Of a DNA stretch of 64,000 bases, positions 12,779 to 25,470 are shown piece after piece. The notes beneath the pieces were generated by a model that worked only from the letters and a program-made list of their open reading frames with translations, was not told where the DNA came from and did no database searches. Source of the stretch: Vermamoeba vermiformis (Eukaryota); assembly GCA_045837725.1 (NCBI GenBank), contig JBEWZL010000013.1, forward strand, positions 434,001-498,000, written 5' to 3'. The stretch's first letter is position 1. Each line of letters begins with the position of its first letter. The position numbers and the translations under genes are program-made.

Positions 12779-14902
12779 ATGGAAGTAGAGGGACCTTTGT
12801 TCGGTGAACTTCAAAAGAAGTAAGTTTGGATTGGCGCGTTGAGATCTGCAAGATCTTTGTTGTAATCGCTCCAATATTAATTTAAATATTAGGTGGAACC
12901 ACTCTGAATTTTTATCTGAGCCTCGTATTGTCGATGCATTCGCTTATGAAGCTAGAGAAGATAAAAAAATAATTCGCGAATCTGCTGAAACTAATTTCGG
13001 CGAAGCTAGATTTCTAAGCAATACAGACGACCATGCCGATCAATATTTTAAATTATACACCAATAGATTGCGAGAGTTAAAGCCTGCCGTTCTGAAAAAA
13101 GCAAAAGCAGAATGGATCGATACTGGTAAGTGCTCAAACCGAGAAATATAACATTATTTAATTATGTTATAGAAAATACACCTAATAAGGCTAGATTGGC
13201 CGAACAAATTCTTGACGTCCGCGTGGGCGAAGAATGCATTATTATTGGCACGCTCTTCAAAGACATGCCTTTGAAGCCCAACGTATTGAAAGAATACTCC
13301 AAACAAGTACGAAAATATAATATATAAGCTCTATATAATAAGATCGTTTCATTCTTACTGAATCATTCCGCAGCGAGCACTTGCGCCATTACCTCAAAAA
13401 GAGTCGTTTGTCTCAGAGAAAGACGTCGCGTGGTTAGAAGACGATAGTGGTCGTATTAAACTCGCTGGAGTTAATTTAGACCTTGGCGGCACCACCGTAA
13501 CTCCTGCGTCTTTGTTGACCGGTCAAGTTGTTGCAGTACGCGGATGTGAAAACGAACAAGGAGACTTTGAAGTGCATGGAATTGTTCTTCCTGAATTCGC
13601 TCAACAACACACTGTTCCTATTGGTATGTCCTATTCATATTCACTTCGTACTGGAATTTTGACCTGTCAAATTATTTTGCTCGCAAATTTTAAGCCATTC
13701 AGTACGCGCAGTCTTTAAAACTGTTTTTATTATTGTAGAACCTAAAGAGGCACCTGTATATGTTGCTCTTGTCAGTGGATTGAAGACTGGATCCACAAAG
13801 GCAAATCCGTTGTACCTCCATCTTTTGACCGACTTCTTGACCGGCGATTTGGGCTCAAGTGACGTACGTATAGGAATATTCCATCGAAGTACGCTAAGCT
13901 TCCTTATAGGAACAAAAACAATTGGCTAGAATCGCACGCGTCATTGTTGCAGGCAACACAGTGTGCTCCGAGGACGATCTACAACTTGGTGCTAAACTCA
14001 AGGATCAAACTAACGTAAGTGATATATATTTACCGCATTAGTATGATACGTACTCTTATTCTAACATCTCTATAGAAATTTACGAAGAAAGAACAAAGTC
14101 AACTTTCCGAGGCAGTCAAGGAAGCCGACAATATTCTAGCTTCGATTGCTAGGTAAGATGTGATACTATACCCACGTGACTATCTAACACGTGTAATAGA
14201 TCCGTGCCCACAGATGTTATGCCTGGCCCTAATGACCCGAGCAACTACCACTTGCCACAACAACCGCTCAACAAGTGCCTCTTGCCTCGTTCATCCAAGC
14301 TCAAGGCACTTAATCGCACGACTAATCCTTATTCAGCTACCATTGACGGCGTCTCGTACGTTCATTATTATAAATACTGTCTTGTCTTATTAGATCTGAC
14401 TTTTTGGATGTAGGTTCTTGGGACACAGCGGTCAACCACTTGATAGTATGATGCGTTATATTTCTATTAATGACAACAACAAGATCGAATTGCTCGAGAA
14501 AACGCTTCACTGGCGACACATGGTGCCTACTGCTCCCGACAGCATTGCGTGCATGTCATTCGCTGCGTCGGATCCATTTGTGATCACTGAATCTCCGCAC
14601 ATTTATTTCAGCGGCAATGCCGATTCATATCAGACCAAGGTGGTGACAGGTACTAACGATTTATATATTAACTACAAGTATAATTTAATTTCTTTGACAC
14701 GCGTCACTCGTCCAACAATCACCATTCAAAAAGTTATTTTTTATGGGTGTCTAATCTTTTGAATTCATTTGCAGGTCCTGAAGGCCAAATAGTTCGTTTG
14801 ATTATGGTGCCTTCATTTGCAGATACTAGAACGATTGTGTTGGTCAATTTGAAGACACTCAGCTGCGAGCCAGTGACTTTCAGCGATTACATGGAAGAGT
14901 AG
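12779..14902 (+). CDS. POLD2: DNA polymerase delta small subunit
   Basis: Motifs IIGTLFKDMPLKPNVLKEY, LEDDSGRIKL, DVMPGPNDPSNYHLPQQPL, LGHSGQP and HMVPTAPD...DPFVI...PHIYFSGN. Confidence 0.96.
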
Positions 14903-15477
14903 ATCTCACTCACTTATTAAGTCTCAGATTTGAATTTAAGATTTTGCGTTGCTATGATAAGAGCTGTAATATATTATTTAATTCGTTAATTCCACCGTTA
15001 ATTCGGTCAATTAAAATTTAACTTTTTGACACTATCCGTATCTTTTTATCAGCATTCAATATGAAACCTATTATCAGTATTGTTTAACACAATAGTCATT
15101 AAGTAATCTTGTCGATCAATGTTGCTCTAACCCGGAAGTTTGATTAAAATTACAGTGGAAAAACATTTGGTTGATCTTGTAAGAAGTACAAACATCTAAC
15201 GGTGAATAGCGGAACGTACATAAGATAATGTCTAGAGATGAATAGGGTGATTATCGTATAATAGCATTTCAGTCGAACGACAAGAATGGGTGCGTGATCC
15301 AATACTTCATGAATCACACAACATTTGTGACATGACAAACACTGTTATCTTCTTAGCATGTTCAACACATTGCACAACAACTCAACATAATTTTATTGTA
15401 AATACGAATTATAGCTCGAATCATTGAAGAATACGCTCGAGCGACATCTGGTATCCGTGTCAAATCAATAGATCAGC

Positions 15478-17710
15478 ATGAAAAATACGCTTTTAACATG
15501 TATATTTATTTTTTGTTGTATAGCATGCAGTAAGTGTGAAGAATGACGTTAACCTAATCAAAATAATTAATCGCGGATGGATCTCGCAATTTTTTGTTAC
15601 AATAACCAACCCGATTTTAAATATTAAATATGTATCGTAGGTTTTGAGTTAATTATATTGGCACCAGAAGAGATTGCAGGAGAAGTAAGTCCGGTGTGGG
15701 CCATTTCTTGTCACATCTATTTATTGCCTTAAATTACTTGATACAAACATGATATTAATCAGCATTAATAGGTGTTCAATAGTCCTCGTCAATCTTTAGT
15801 AGGACCTCGAGATTGGTCCTTTAGCGTCACCGGTCAACTGGCTTTTGGAAATGACTCCGATCCCGCCAACAAGTACGTCAACTTAACCTCGACAATAGGG
15901 TCGTGTCAATACACTATAATCATATTATAATCATCGGCCAATATTGCATGATACCCTCGTGTTTGGCGCAGTAAATCGTTGATGGCGATCCATTAATGGA
16001 TCTGTCGCGAGACTAATCCGTTAAATTAGAAAACTGAAACATTTATCTCCGGATTATATGCGCCACGGTATTAATAATAGAATTATTAGGATAGTAATGA
16101 TACGCAGCACTTCCGGAGATCAACAAACTGCTCGCGACTTTAAGGATAAATCACCTGCTGCTATAATTAGCTTGCAAATGGCAGCGAATGGTACCAATCG
16201 CCATAGCCTTATATAGTTATTTAGGATTTATATTGATTGATTTAATGCATAGTCAACTACACGGGACTCGCCGCTTATAATTGGGACGGTACATCCACGA
16301 GGGACATTGAAATCCCGATGGTGATCATATCAAAGCCGAGTGCAGAGAGATTATTTGAATATATAGCCAAATATGGAAATGTTACTGTCTTAATTACATC
16401 AAACGGTATGTTCAAAAAAAATTCAAAAATTTTAATTGATCGTCGCGAATATACTAAGCAAATTAATTAATAATTTACATCTATATTTAGATACCAATCC
16501 TTGGACGGAGTTATTCACGTCACCAGCGATGATAGCCTTTTCAGTCATTCAACCAATTTTGATCGCAGGCAATATCGCGTACGCAATCTACAAACAGTTC
16601 AAATGGGTCTCAATTAAAGGCTGGGAGCGATCTATTCCACAGACTGTATTGTGGTTTGAACTCGTGGCTAACTTGCGTAAGTCTGGGACCAGATCCACTG
16701 ATTGACATTTTGACACTTTGACACTTATGAACCCTTTACGATCGTCCGTTCCAACTTTCATTTTACACTCAAGTTCCAGTTTGACACGTGTCATTTGTTG
16801 CAAGCATCTCATTGACACGTGTCAAGTTTGTTACTACAATTTTCTCCGTTTCTTCAAGCTTCTTAGAACAAACCTTATAATTGATAAGTGCATGTTGGAC
16901 TAATATTATATGACTCCTATAGTGCGATTCCTGGCCGTCGTTGTGGATCCGCTGCAATCGCGCGTCATTTTTCCAGTCACGTTGAACCTCATGTTGTACA
17001 CTCTCAGCTGGCCGTTCAGCATCATGAGCTTTTTGCTCATATCATTCTACTGGTACACAATGACACCTATATTATGTTAGTATAGTTAATTGACGTCCTA
17101 TTCTCCAGGCATGAGTTGATCCGCAAGCTCAAGATCCAACTAAACGTGTTTTTGGATAAATTAAGAATAGTCTTTTGGGTCGTATTTGGACTATTATTGG
17201 CACTAGAACTCGCGACGGCAGTAGCACGTGGCTTGGCATTTGCAGTCGGAACATTTGTGATGGTCAGCGGAATAATTTACATTGTTGTCGTGCTGGCGAC
17301 TGTCGCGTTCTTTTTCACGACGGGAATTCGTTTGATGATCATGCTGAATAAGACTAAAAAGGTCATGTCTTCGCCTGAACACCGCATGCAACGTGTCAAA
17401 CGCGTAAGTTAATCTCACTTCCAAATAAGGAAAAAAATCTAACCGATCCATTTGACAGGCGACGGATCTGATCTTTTTCAGCAGCTCAGCGCTGGTTTGT
17501 TGGGCAGCCATGGTGGCAGTTGGAGGCTTGTCTAATCTACTATGGGTACCCTATGGTTTCTATTCAATATGGTTCGTAGTCTTCACGCTCTTGTCACTCG
17601 TGAGCTGTGCGCAGATCTCAGCCTTCACGGTGCCCACACACGCCAAGTCTAGCGGCTCTTCATTGATGTCAACAACTCCGTCGAAGAAAGACAAATCATT
17701 CAATGTGTAG
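15478..17710 (+). CDS. Signal peptide + PA-like ectodomain + seven-TM (GPCR-like) membrane protein
   Basis: Hydrophobic N-terminus MKNTLLTCIFIFCCIAC; ectodomain KIVMIR...IPMVIISKPSAERL; about 7 hydrophobic segments from 16500 to 17630. Confidence 0.7.
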
Positions 17711-17841
17711 AATAAAATGTAAATAGTACAATAAAAAACAGTGTAAAATAGATATCATAAGCTAGTCGTGGTTTGAGTGCGTTAGCGATCCAGGGACTGA
17801 CTCGATCCAAGGCCAGGAGCAAGCCAAAAAAAAGTAAGAAT

Positions 17842-17912
17842 AGGCGCCACCAAGAATCGAACTTGGACGATCGACTCATGAGACCGAGGCTCTACCACTA
17901 AGCTATGGCGCC
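17842..17912 (-). tRNA. tRNA with CAT anticodon (nominal Met), atypical identity
   Basis: GGCGCCA TA GCTT AGTGGTA GAGC C TCGGT CTCATGA GTCGA TCGT CCAAG TTCGATT CTTGG TGGCGCC T. Full cloverleaf with A and B boxes and a downstream T8 terminator. Confidence 0.85.
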
Positions 17913-17940
17913 GTTGTTCAAAAGTTAAGGGGCGAATCGT

Positions 17941-17950
17941 ACGAGGTCGT
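17941..17950 (-). promoter_or_regulatory. Putative Pol III upstream element ACGACCTCGT
   Basis: Ends 28 nt upstream of tRNA(CAT); variants precede both other tRNAs. Confidence 0.6.
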
Positions 17951-18082
17951 TAAAAAGACAGACATAAACCAGACAAGACTCATTGCAATGAGTATGAAGC
18001 AAAAAAACTCAGCCTTTTTCGGGTGATCTCAGCCATGGTGGGACGAGGAAAAAGAGGAGAATGAGGACAGGACAAAAAAGAA

Positions 18083-18156
18083 TGGCCATTCCAGGGATTG
18101 AACCTGGGACCCCCGGCTTATTAGACCAGTGCTCTAACCAACTGAGCTAAACGGCC
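18083..18156 (-). tRNA. tRNA-Ile(AAT)
   Basis: GGCCGTTTAGCTCAGTTGGTTAGAGCACTGGTCTAATAAGCCGGGGGTCCCAGGTTCAATCCCTGGAATGGCCA, followed by a T-run. Confidence 0.95.
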
Positions 18157-18184
18157 CTTGTTGAGTGCTGACCGAGCCAACTGA

Positions 18185-18194
18185 ACCAAGTCGT
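18185..18194 (-). promoter_or_regulatory. Putative Pol III upstream element ACGACTTGGT
   Basis: Ends 28 nt upstream of tRNA-Ile, the same spacing as for tRNA(CAT). Confidence 0.6.
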
Positions 18195-18316
18195 CGAAAA
18201 GTCAAACCTGCTTAATGCGTCGTTTTGCTTTTGATCTTTATGACAGGATTAAGAACTACTTTGCAACTTTGAGACGATAAAAGTTAGGTGCCACCACGGC
18301 CGCAAAAGCCCGTTAA

Positions 18317-19764
18317 ATGGAGCAACAAAAAATAAAATCTTTTTTATTCGTCTTTGCGCAATATGCAGCCCAATACTTCTCTTTATTTGTGCTTCTACTT
18401 AGCGCGTCATTTTTTGCTGCTAATAGCTCACGAAGCCGGCCGCAGCTAACGTTCTTTTGCGAATTGGATCCGCCAGATTTGGTTTACGTTTCCGACAAAG
18501 ACACAATTAACGCTCTAAAGACACTCAATGCTACTGTTAGGTAATATTTATTCTAACTACGAGGCGTAAATTAACCCGAGTCTACTTGCAGCGTTGCCAT
18601 TAAAGATCTGTCTTTCGAACGCGCCAATTATATTCAATTATTGAATCAAAATAATATTACGACAACAGCATGGCTAGTAGTCAATTATACTCAAGGTTAT
18701 TGGGCTAATATGGACAACGCTCCCGATTTCGTTGTTTTATACAAACAAGTAAGCTCATTTATATCAGAGTAGTTCATGATTAATTTATCTGATTAGTTTA
18801 AAATGTGGTCACAATATTATAAGCTTCAATGGCGCAGCGTTGGCTTCGATCTCGAAATGGATATCAATCAGTTGAATGAACTCGTTATAGGCGACTACGT
18901 TGACTTCGCTGAGCAAGTCATTGACAGATTTTTCTACCAAAGCCAACTACTTAAAGCGCGTAGCATAGTAAGAGATCCACGCAATACCTAGAAAGCGAGA
19001 TCTAACCCCAATTTTTTCAGTACGAAACTCTGGCAGCACAGATCCAAGAAGACGGATATCTCATGGAAAGTTATATCATACCAGTAATATACGACGAGAT
19101 TATAACGAATAGCTCGCTTATAGAGCTCTTAACTTCAATTGTCAATGTGCCTTCGATACCACTGCAGATCCCGATGTTATACTCGAGTGGTCTGCCGTTA
19201 GGACTAGGCTTCTTAGCGTCATATGGTCCTGGTCTACAAGCAGTCGGTAATTACACGTTATTGGTATCATTAGTAGCATTGCAATCTAAATTTTTTTGGT
19301 TCGAAAAACAGGACTTGGATCTACCGGCGGTGGCGTTCTAAATGCCAGCATAGCGACTGATTATAAAGAATGGAGCGAATTTGAACGAGATTTACTTTAT
19401 TCATATCAATACCTCACGCCCAACATGTACATTTACAGTTTACAAGGTACATCCGGATCAAAACTTTTTTTCCCTTTAAGTCAATCCTAAAAAACTTATT
19501 TCCTTTTTAGGATGTGTTGGTCGCGGATTTTTGCAGCAGATGATTGATATGAACTGGAACAAACCGTTGTCTAACACCGACATGCTCAAATTTGATGTCC
19601 AAAAGAAACTCATCGACGAACAACGCGAGTCATTAAGAGGACTATTATATGCTGCGAACAGTCCCTCAAGTGCACTGCAATGGATCTACGAGCACAAATT
19701 CAGTGCCTTTGAACATGTGTTGGATTTGCTTCTGGCAATTTTGTACTGGCGCCAAGGCAACTAA
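18317..19764 (+). CDS. Signal-anchored hypothetical protein, bacterial-like, possible TIM-barrel/glycoside-hydrolase-like fold
   Basis: Spliced motifs LTFFCELDP, DLSFERA, AWLVV..GYWAN, GFDLE, AVGLGSTGGGV and YIYSLQGCV; canonical introns. Confidence 0.7.
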
Positions 19765-19916
19765 AAAAATCGCCAAAAAAAGCCCATAAATTTAAGCCTT
19801 AAAATATCTTTGTAATAACTGATTTTTTTATTACCGTGAAATTTTGTAATAATACAGGTGGTTTGTTATATTTTAAATAAAATATTTTAGGGCTCATACT
19901 TAAGTCTTTTAAGGGT

Positions 19917-21849
19917 TCAAAAGTCCATCGTCAACGAACTGCCTCTGAAGTGCTCGTCAATGTGCGTGAAAGTGACGCGCAAGTTTTTGAATCCAGCATT
20001 CTCCAATGTCTCTTTCTTAATAGTCGAAGCACAGTGCTCTAGATTCAATACTCGTAGCCACGTCATTGCTGCTAAATGTTTCACGCCTTCAGCGTTGAAT
20101 CTCGTGGAATATCCGAGGTTCAAAGTATGCAACTTGGTTAGCCGTGAAAGACTCAATAGGCCGTCATTGCCGATACTGCACTCGAGTTCTAATTCCGTCA
20201 AGTTGGTCAAATAACTCGATATTAGAGCTATGCCGTCGTTGCCAATATTCGTTGATTGAATGTGCAAAACTGACAGGCCTGTCAAGTACGAAATATTCTT
20301 CAAACCATCGTCACCCGCAGTTGTTGACACTTGGAGCGTCTTCAATTTTCGCAAGAAAAATGACTATATCACAATATTATTAGCATATGTATGATATTAA
20401 ATGAATTATTTTGTCGTTAGCTTCAATGCTTCATTAAAAAAATTGCCGTGAAAAAATTGTTTGAGGGTAACTTTTGATGCCAAAATTTCAGCAACAAAAA
20501 ATATATATTGCAATACTATAGTATATATTCGTAGTAGCCGGCAACGTGTCATTAAATCACTATCACTTACGAGAGTGTTAAGCACAGCAGCGGAGCCGAT
20601 GTTAGTCGAAGAAGTGATCACAGTGAGGTGCTGCAGTCCCTTCAAATGCACGAGTTCAGTCACGCTGTCTTTGTCGCTCTCAGTCATCAAGTTCAGACTC
20701 GTCAAATTCGTCATGCGGCCAATTTCTTTCATCTCCGCAGTAGTCAATATAGACCCCTGTTCCAAGGCCAGTTCGGTCAGATTGGTCAATCGAATGATGC
20801 TCGGCAAGTGTGCGTCGCTGCCAGGGGTGTCGGCTGCTACGTAATTAAACGACTTTAACTGCTTCAACTGCGACAGACGTTCAAAAGTTTTGGTCCGAAT
20901 ACTGGTGCCTTGAAGGGCCAAGTATCGCAGTGAAGTTAAGCACGATAAGTTCACTAGTGCCTCGTCACTGATGTAATTGCCACCGCTAGTATAATAAAAT
21001 TAATAAATTTGAATTTTGCAGCGAGGTTCTAATATAAACGCGGTACTATTTTTAGCTGATCAAAACGAACCACAAAATTAAATTAAGAAATAGCTTTATA
21101 TAATAATTAATCCGCTAATTAAGTTCAAAAGCAGCTGAGTTAATTTATAATAACGTTGATCAAACCTTTAATTAAATAATTTCGGATCGGATCCGCTCAT
21201 TTTAATTAGACGCCACCTGGCTTATTAGATTATAACTTTGGCTTACCTGTCATCTATAATCAACTTTTGTAATTTAATTCCATGCGTTACGACATTCCTA
21301 ACGCGTCGTCTGAAGCTGTGTTTGTTATCAAACGCTGTTACATTCAATTCTAGGGACTTTTGCAAGATCCAAACGCGTTTAAAGCAATTACGACTGCAAC
21401 ATAGTATACTACATATGAAAATGCAATTAGTATTCGAGAAATATACAGCCACACATATTTTAAATTTTTAAATTAATTTTGCTTGCTCGATCTGCTTTCT
21501 AATTTGCGGTAAATAGCAGAAGCAAATATTAATGTAAATATTATTCGTTAATAAATTTAATTATGCATGAGAAGGACCTACCTGTTGTGTATTTGATAAA
21601 ACGTAAGATGGCTCAAAATGTGATGAAATATTTCTGTCGGAAGCAAATCCCAATAATTCTGTATTATAATAAGTCATGTTAGCTCTTTCTCGATCGTTTT
21701 AACGCGCCGCATCTTGATCAAAAAATTTAAATTAAAAAAATCTTGCAATAAATTGCGTAAATCAGAACTGAGCATTTTGATCTTAGTAAATTTATTTTTT
21801 AATATTATTATATGAGCTGGGTCTATATTCTTACGGTTGTATTGTCCAT
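19917..21849 (-). CDS. F-box/leucine-rich-repeat protein
   Basis: Micro-exon MDNTT, then NYWDLLPTEIFHHILSHL (F-box); LTNLTEL.L-type LRRs. Confidence 0.85.
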
Positions 21850-22102
21850 TATTGGATTCGCAGCGGTTAATTGGTTACTTCAAATGAATTCTGCTACTAT
21901 TGCTTATAATATATCAACGACTATTAATCGACTAATACACTGTTGTTTCGTCAATAAATAAATTAAATTGAATTGAATGCCGCCAACATTTTGTAACCAA
22001 AACCCAATAAAACACGAAAATTCGGTTAGACGAGTTTGCAAGGACCTTTAATTACTTACAATAGGGCTAAAATAAAGTATTTCGTATTTACATCGGTTTA
22101 TT

Positions 22103-22904
22103 TTATTTTACATTTGCTGTTTTTGAGTCTTGATCTGCACTCGATCGACTATTTTTTAAGTCAGTTGATCCGCTTGTGTTCGATCGACTTCTCCTACCAT
22201 CTCTATTATCACTTCTATCAGTTCTATCATTATGGTGAGGAGTTGGGCCTTTTCTATCGTCATTGCGAGGATTTTTTTCGCGATCCCGAACTCGATCTGG
22301 ATTTGGTCGAGATTGTTGTTGATTTTTTTGGTCCTTATTATTCGTATTGTCACCTCCACTACTATTATCGCCTCTATTGTTGTTATGGAACCGCTGTTGA
22401 TTATTGTTAGGCCTTCGGTGTTGTTGTAAACTCGTGATCTGTTTTCTGAGCTCTTCAATCTCGCTATTTTTGCGCTGAATTTCTAGTTGCGCTGTTTTAA
22501 ATAAACATGATATGTTCTTAGTCAATATCTCTGATTTCCTCTTCAGCAGCTGGTTCTGTAAATAAAACTCGATCAGATCTCGAACTTAACAAACTAAATA
22601 AGGCAGTGAATACTATTATATTATCGACATAATATTGTTAATATTATTCTTGAATTTAATTTGATAAATAATGCGTGCAAGAAAATTTGAGATGAGACTT
22701 ACTTCTTTTTCCAACTGTTCTGTTTTTATTCGAAGTTCTTGTCGTTCCTTATCTGCCTCTGCATATTTTTCTTTCAGCTAAATATGAAAATTAATAATTT
22801 GATTATTTTAAATATTTCAGGCGGGATTGAGGTACCTCGTGAGCAACAGTAACGCTGACAGTTGTTTCTAAATCATCGTATAAATCTACTGCGTCTATAC
22901 TCAT
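22103..22904 (-). CDS. FLASH/CASP8AP2 N-terminal-like coiled-coil protein with Arg/Asp/Asn-rich tail
   Basis: Three exons: MSIDAVDLYDDL...LKEKYAEADKERQELRIKTEQLEKE|NQLLKRKSEILTKNISCLFKTAQLEIQRKNSEIEELR. Confidence 0.72.
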
Positions 22905-23084
22905 TGTTATGGCGTGCAGCTCCTAATTATTTACCCGGTTTGTAGGATTAAAGAAAAAAATTTGACCTGATCTGAACTAAAATTGATAAAAAAATTCCAC
23001 GTCTTGCTTACGAGGCCGAAAACTTTCGACTTAACATTCGTAGATATTATAATCTAACGTAGAACATACATTTCTATAACTACA

Positions 23085-24384
23085 ATGGCCAGATCAGCTA
23101 TTTTTGCTTTAGTCATTATTTCGTGCTTGTTTGTTGCTCGCGCGATCGAGTTGAAAACCATCTTCGAAGGGTAAGAATAATTAATTACATATTATTAATT
23201 CGTATTGTTTTATTTGCAAAGCCGTAAAGTAATTTTTTTGACGTATCTAGCAAGATCCGACACTAATAATTTTTTTTAGCGAATGGGAAATCCAATTCTC
23301 TGAGACTTCTCTTGCTGAAAACTTCAAGTTTGAAGGTACGATCATATTAAAATAATTATTAAAATACATCGTGCGGTTATTTACGATTTTCGAATCTCTT
23401 AGGCGAATCCAACAACATCAAGTTGAACATCACCAAGCAAGGCAATGCCCTCGTTACTAGTTACGTCGATAACGAAAAGGATCAAGAGTTGAACGTTAAA
23501 ATGTAAGTCACATCCGCTGAAAAAAATTTTCCGATCAGATCTGACGTAGTTATTTTTCTTATCTAGCGATTGGGATTCTTTGTACGCTGGTGAACTCCTT
23601 GTTGCAGATGAGGACTCTGACGAGTACAAGCAAGTTCTTGCCTTCGACTTCTTCAACAGGTATGAAGTGAATCCGTTTCTGTTGGGCTTTATCACTGTGC
23701 CCGATCATGTTATACATTTAGTTAAACACGTTACTAATATGCATTTGTTAATAGAACTGGTGGTCACCTCGTTTCTCAAGTGAGTTCCAAGATCCGTTAC
23801 ACGAAGATTGGATCTCGTTTAGCGATGGTCAAAGTATTAATCTGTAATTATGTAGGGTGTTTTCAATGGTATCTCCGGCAAGGCTACTGGCTTCTATCAA
23901 ATCGTGATGACCAGCAGCGCTTCTTTCATGTTCAACCACATCTCCGCCGACGGCAAGGTTATTACCACCGTTACCGGTGCTAAGACCGTCAAGCAAGTTA
24001 CTCCCGGATTCTTCCAAAAGTACGGCAGCATGATCATGATCGGCGCTATGTTGATCGGTAAGTCCACGTTCACGAATTTTGTTGCTCAAATCCGCATAAT
24101 GAATTTATATGCTTCGAAAATGTCAATAGCGATATAACAATTATATTGGTACCATGCTCGGGGCATAAAACTAAATTTTGTCATCTTTGGTCGGATGTGG
24201 ATTGCAACAAAATTTTTCTAACCTTACCGCTTTAGTTCCTCGTTTGATGAAGGGTTTCTTGCCTCAACCTGAAGCTCCTGCCGCCCCTGCCGCTGGTGTC
24301 CCCCCCGCTGGTGCTGCTAAGGGCCGTCGTAATGCTCCTTCTCGCATTGAAGAGATCAAGGAAGACGCCAAGAAGGAAAACTAA
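23085..24384 (+). CDS. Type I membrane protein (signal peptide, C-terminal TM; EMC10-like tail)
   Basis: Signal MARSAIFALVIISCLFVARA; PGFFQKYGSMIMIGAMLI TM; Pro/Ala-rich tail; strongly biased codon usage. Confidence 0.7.
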
Positions 24385-25470
24385 ATACGATCGCCTTACA
24401 ATAGCGTAGTATTATCGTCCGTTTATTGATTGTCGCGGTCAATGACAGAAAATAAATCTAGATTACGATTCAATTTCAAAAAAGAAATCTCGACGCATAT
24501 CTAAATTAAAGGATTCAACCCACACGGCGCTTAATGATACAATCGAGTATGTAGTATGATAGAAGATAACAAGCAGGCAAAAAAATTGTAACCTAAGCGG
24601 ATGTAAAAAAAGGATGGTGGTTTTTAGAACTTTTTTTTGTATTTTTTCGATTTCATATTATTTGTTCTAATTTATGAAGGGCCTAAGTAACTTTTTTAAT
24701 GCCTTTTTTTATCCTTTCTTATTATAGTGGCCTATTTATTGGTATTTGGGTAGTTTTTTTTTAAGTGATAGAGGTGTTTTTGTTTTTATCCACCATCCTC
24801 GAAAGTAGTACTATTCGCACTGGTTACTTGTAGCAAGCTCCGAAACTTGGTTTTAGACATTATGGGACAATGGAACCCTGGTATAAGAACTCCACGGTTT
24901 TATTCACGAAATTTGGGCATTCAGTAAATTTCGAAATTGAACTCAAACACGGGAAGTGCGGATATGATAGACGGAAGTGCGGAAAGGGTAGACGATGCTT
25001 ACTATAATGCGACAAGGGCCAAGGTTAGTTTTTTCGATGGCAGAGACCTCATTAAATCCATTAAAATCTTCGCGGAGATATTTTTGGTTTGGATCAAATT
25101 TACCAAATAAGCGGTAAATTCTAAAACGAATCTACGTATTCTGTGGATATTATATATATGAGAATACTAATATTTACCACAATTGTCGCCTTGGATTGCT
25201 CTTGAAGCCTCCACAAAAAAGTAAGAAAATTTAATCCACAAACCCGAGCTACCTCAACCTGACCTGTGCTTAAATCAGGCTTACATTATTGTTTATTTAC
25301 ATTATTTACACTTACTGGACTTCTGTGGTACCATTAATTTTTGTCTTCGCTACATCCGACGCGGAACAACCTTCTGCTTTACAAAGCGTAACGTCATAGC
25401 TCGGACAATAGTTCCCAAAGGGTGTTACCGAGCTCGGTAAGTCATTCTTAAATAGCTTTTGATTTCCCAA

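Noticed and set aside
17875-17885. Reading the odd tRNA as a TCA (opal/Sec) anticodon
   Set aside because: That register breaks the anticodon stem and U33, and there is no long variable arm as in tRNA-Sec.
17978-17993. 16-bp palindrome ACTCATTGCAATGAGT, and TTACCGAGCTCGGTAA at 25425-25440
   Set aside because: About one or two such palindromes are expected by chance in 64 kb, and each is single copy.
24673-25007. Possible micro-exon gene ending ...KCGKGRRCLL
   Set aside because: It needs introns of about 30 nt without branch points, and the reading frame is ambiguous.
25345-25405. SECIS-like ATGAC...AAA...GGAT hairpin on the minus strand downstream of the HTATIP2-like gene
   Set aside because: Helix II pairs poorly and the spliced upstream gene has no in-frame TGA.
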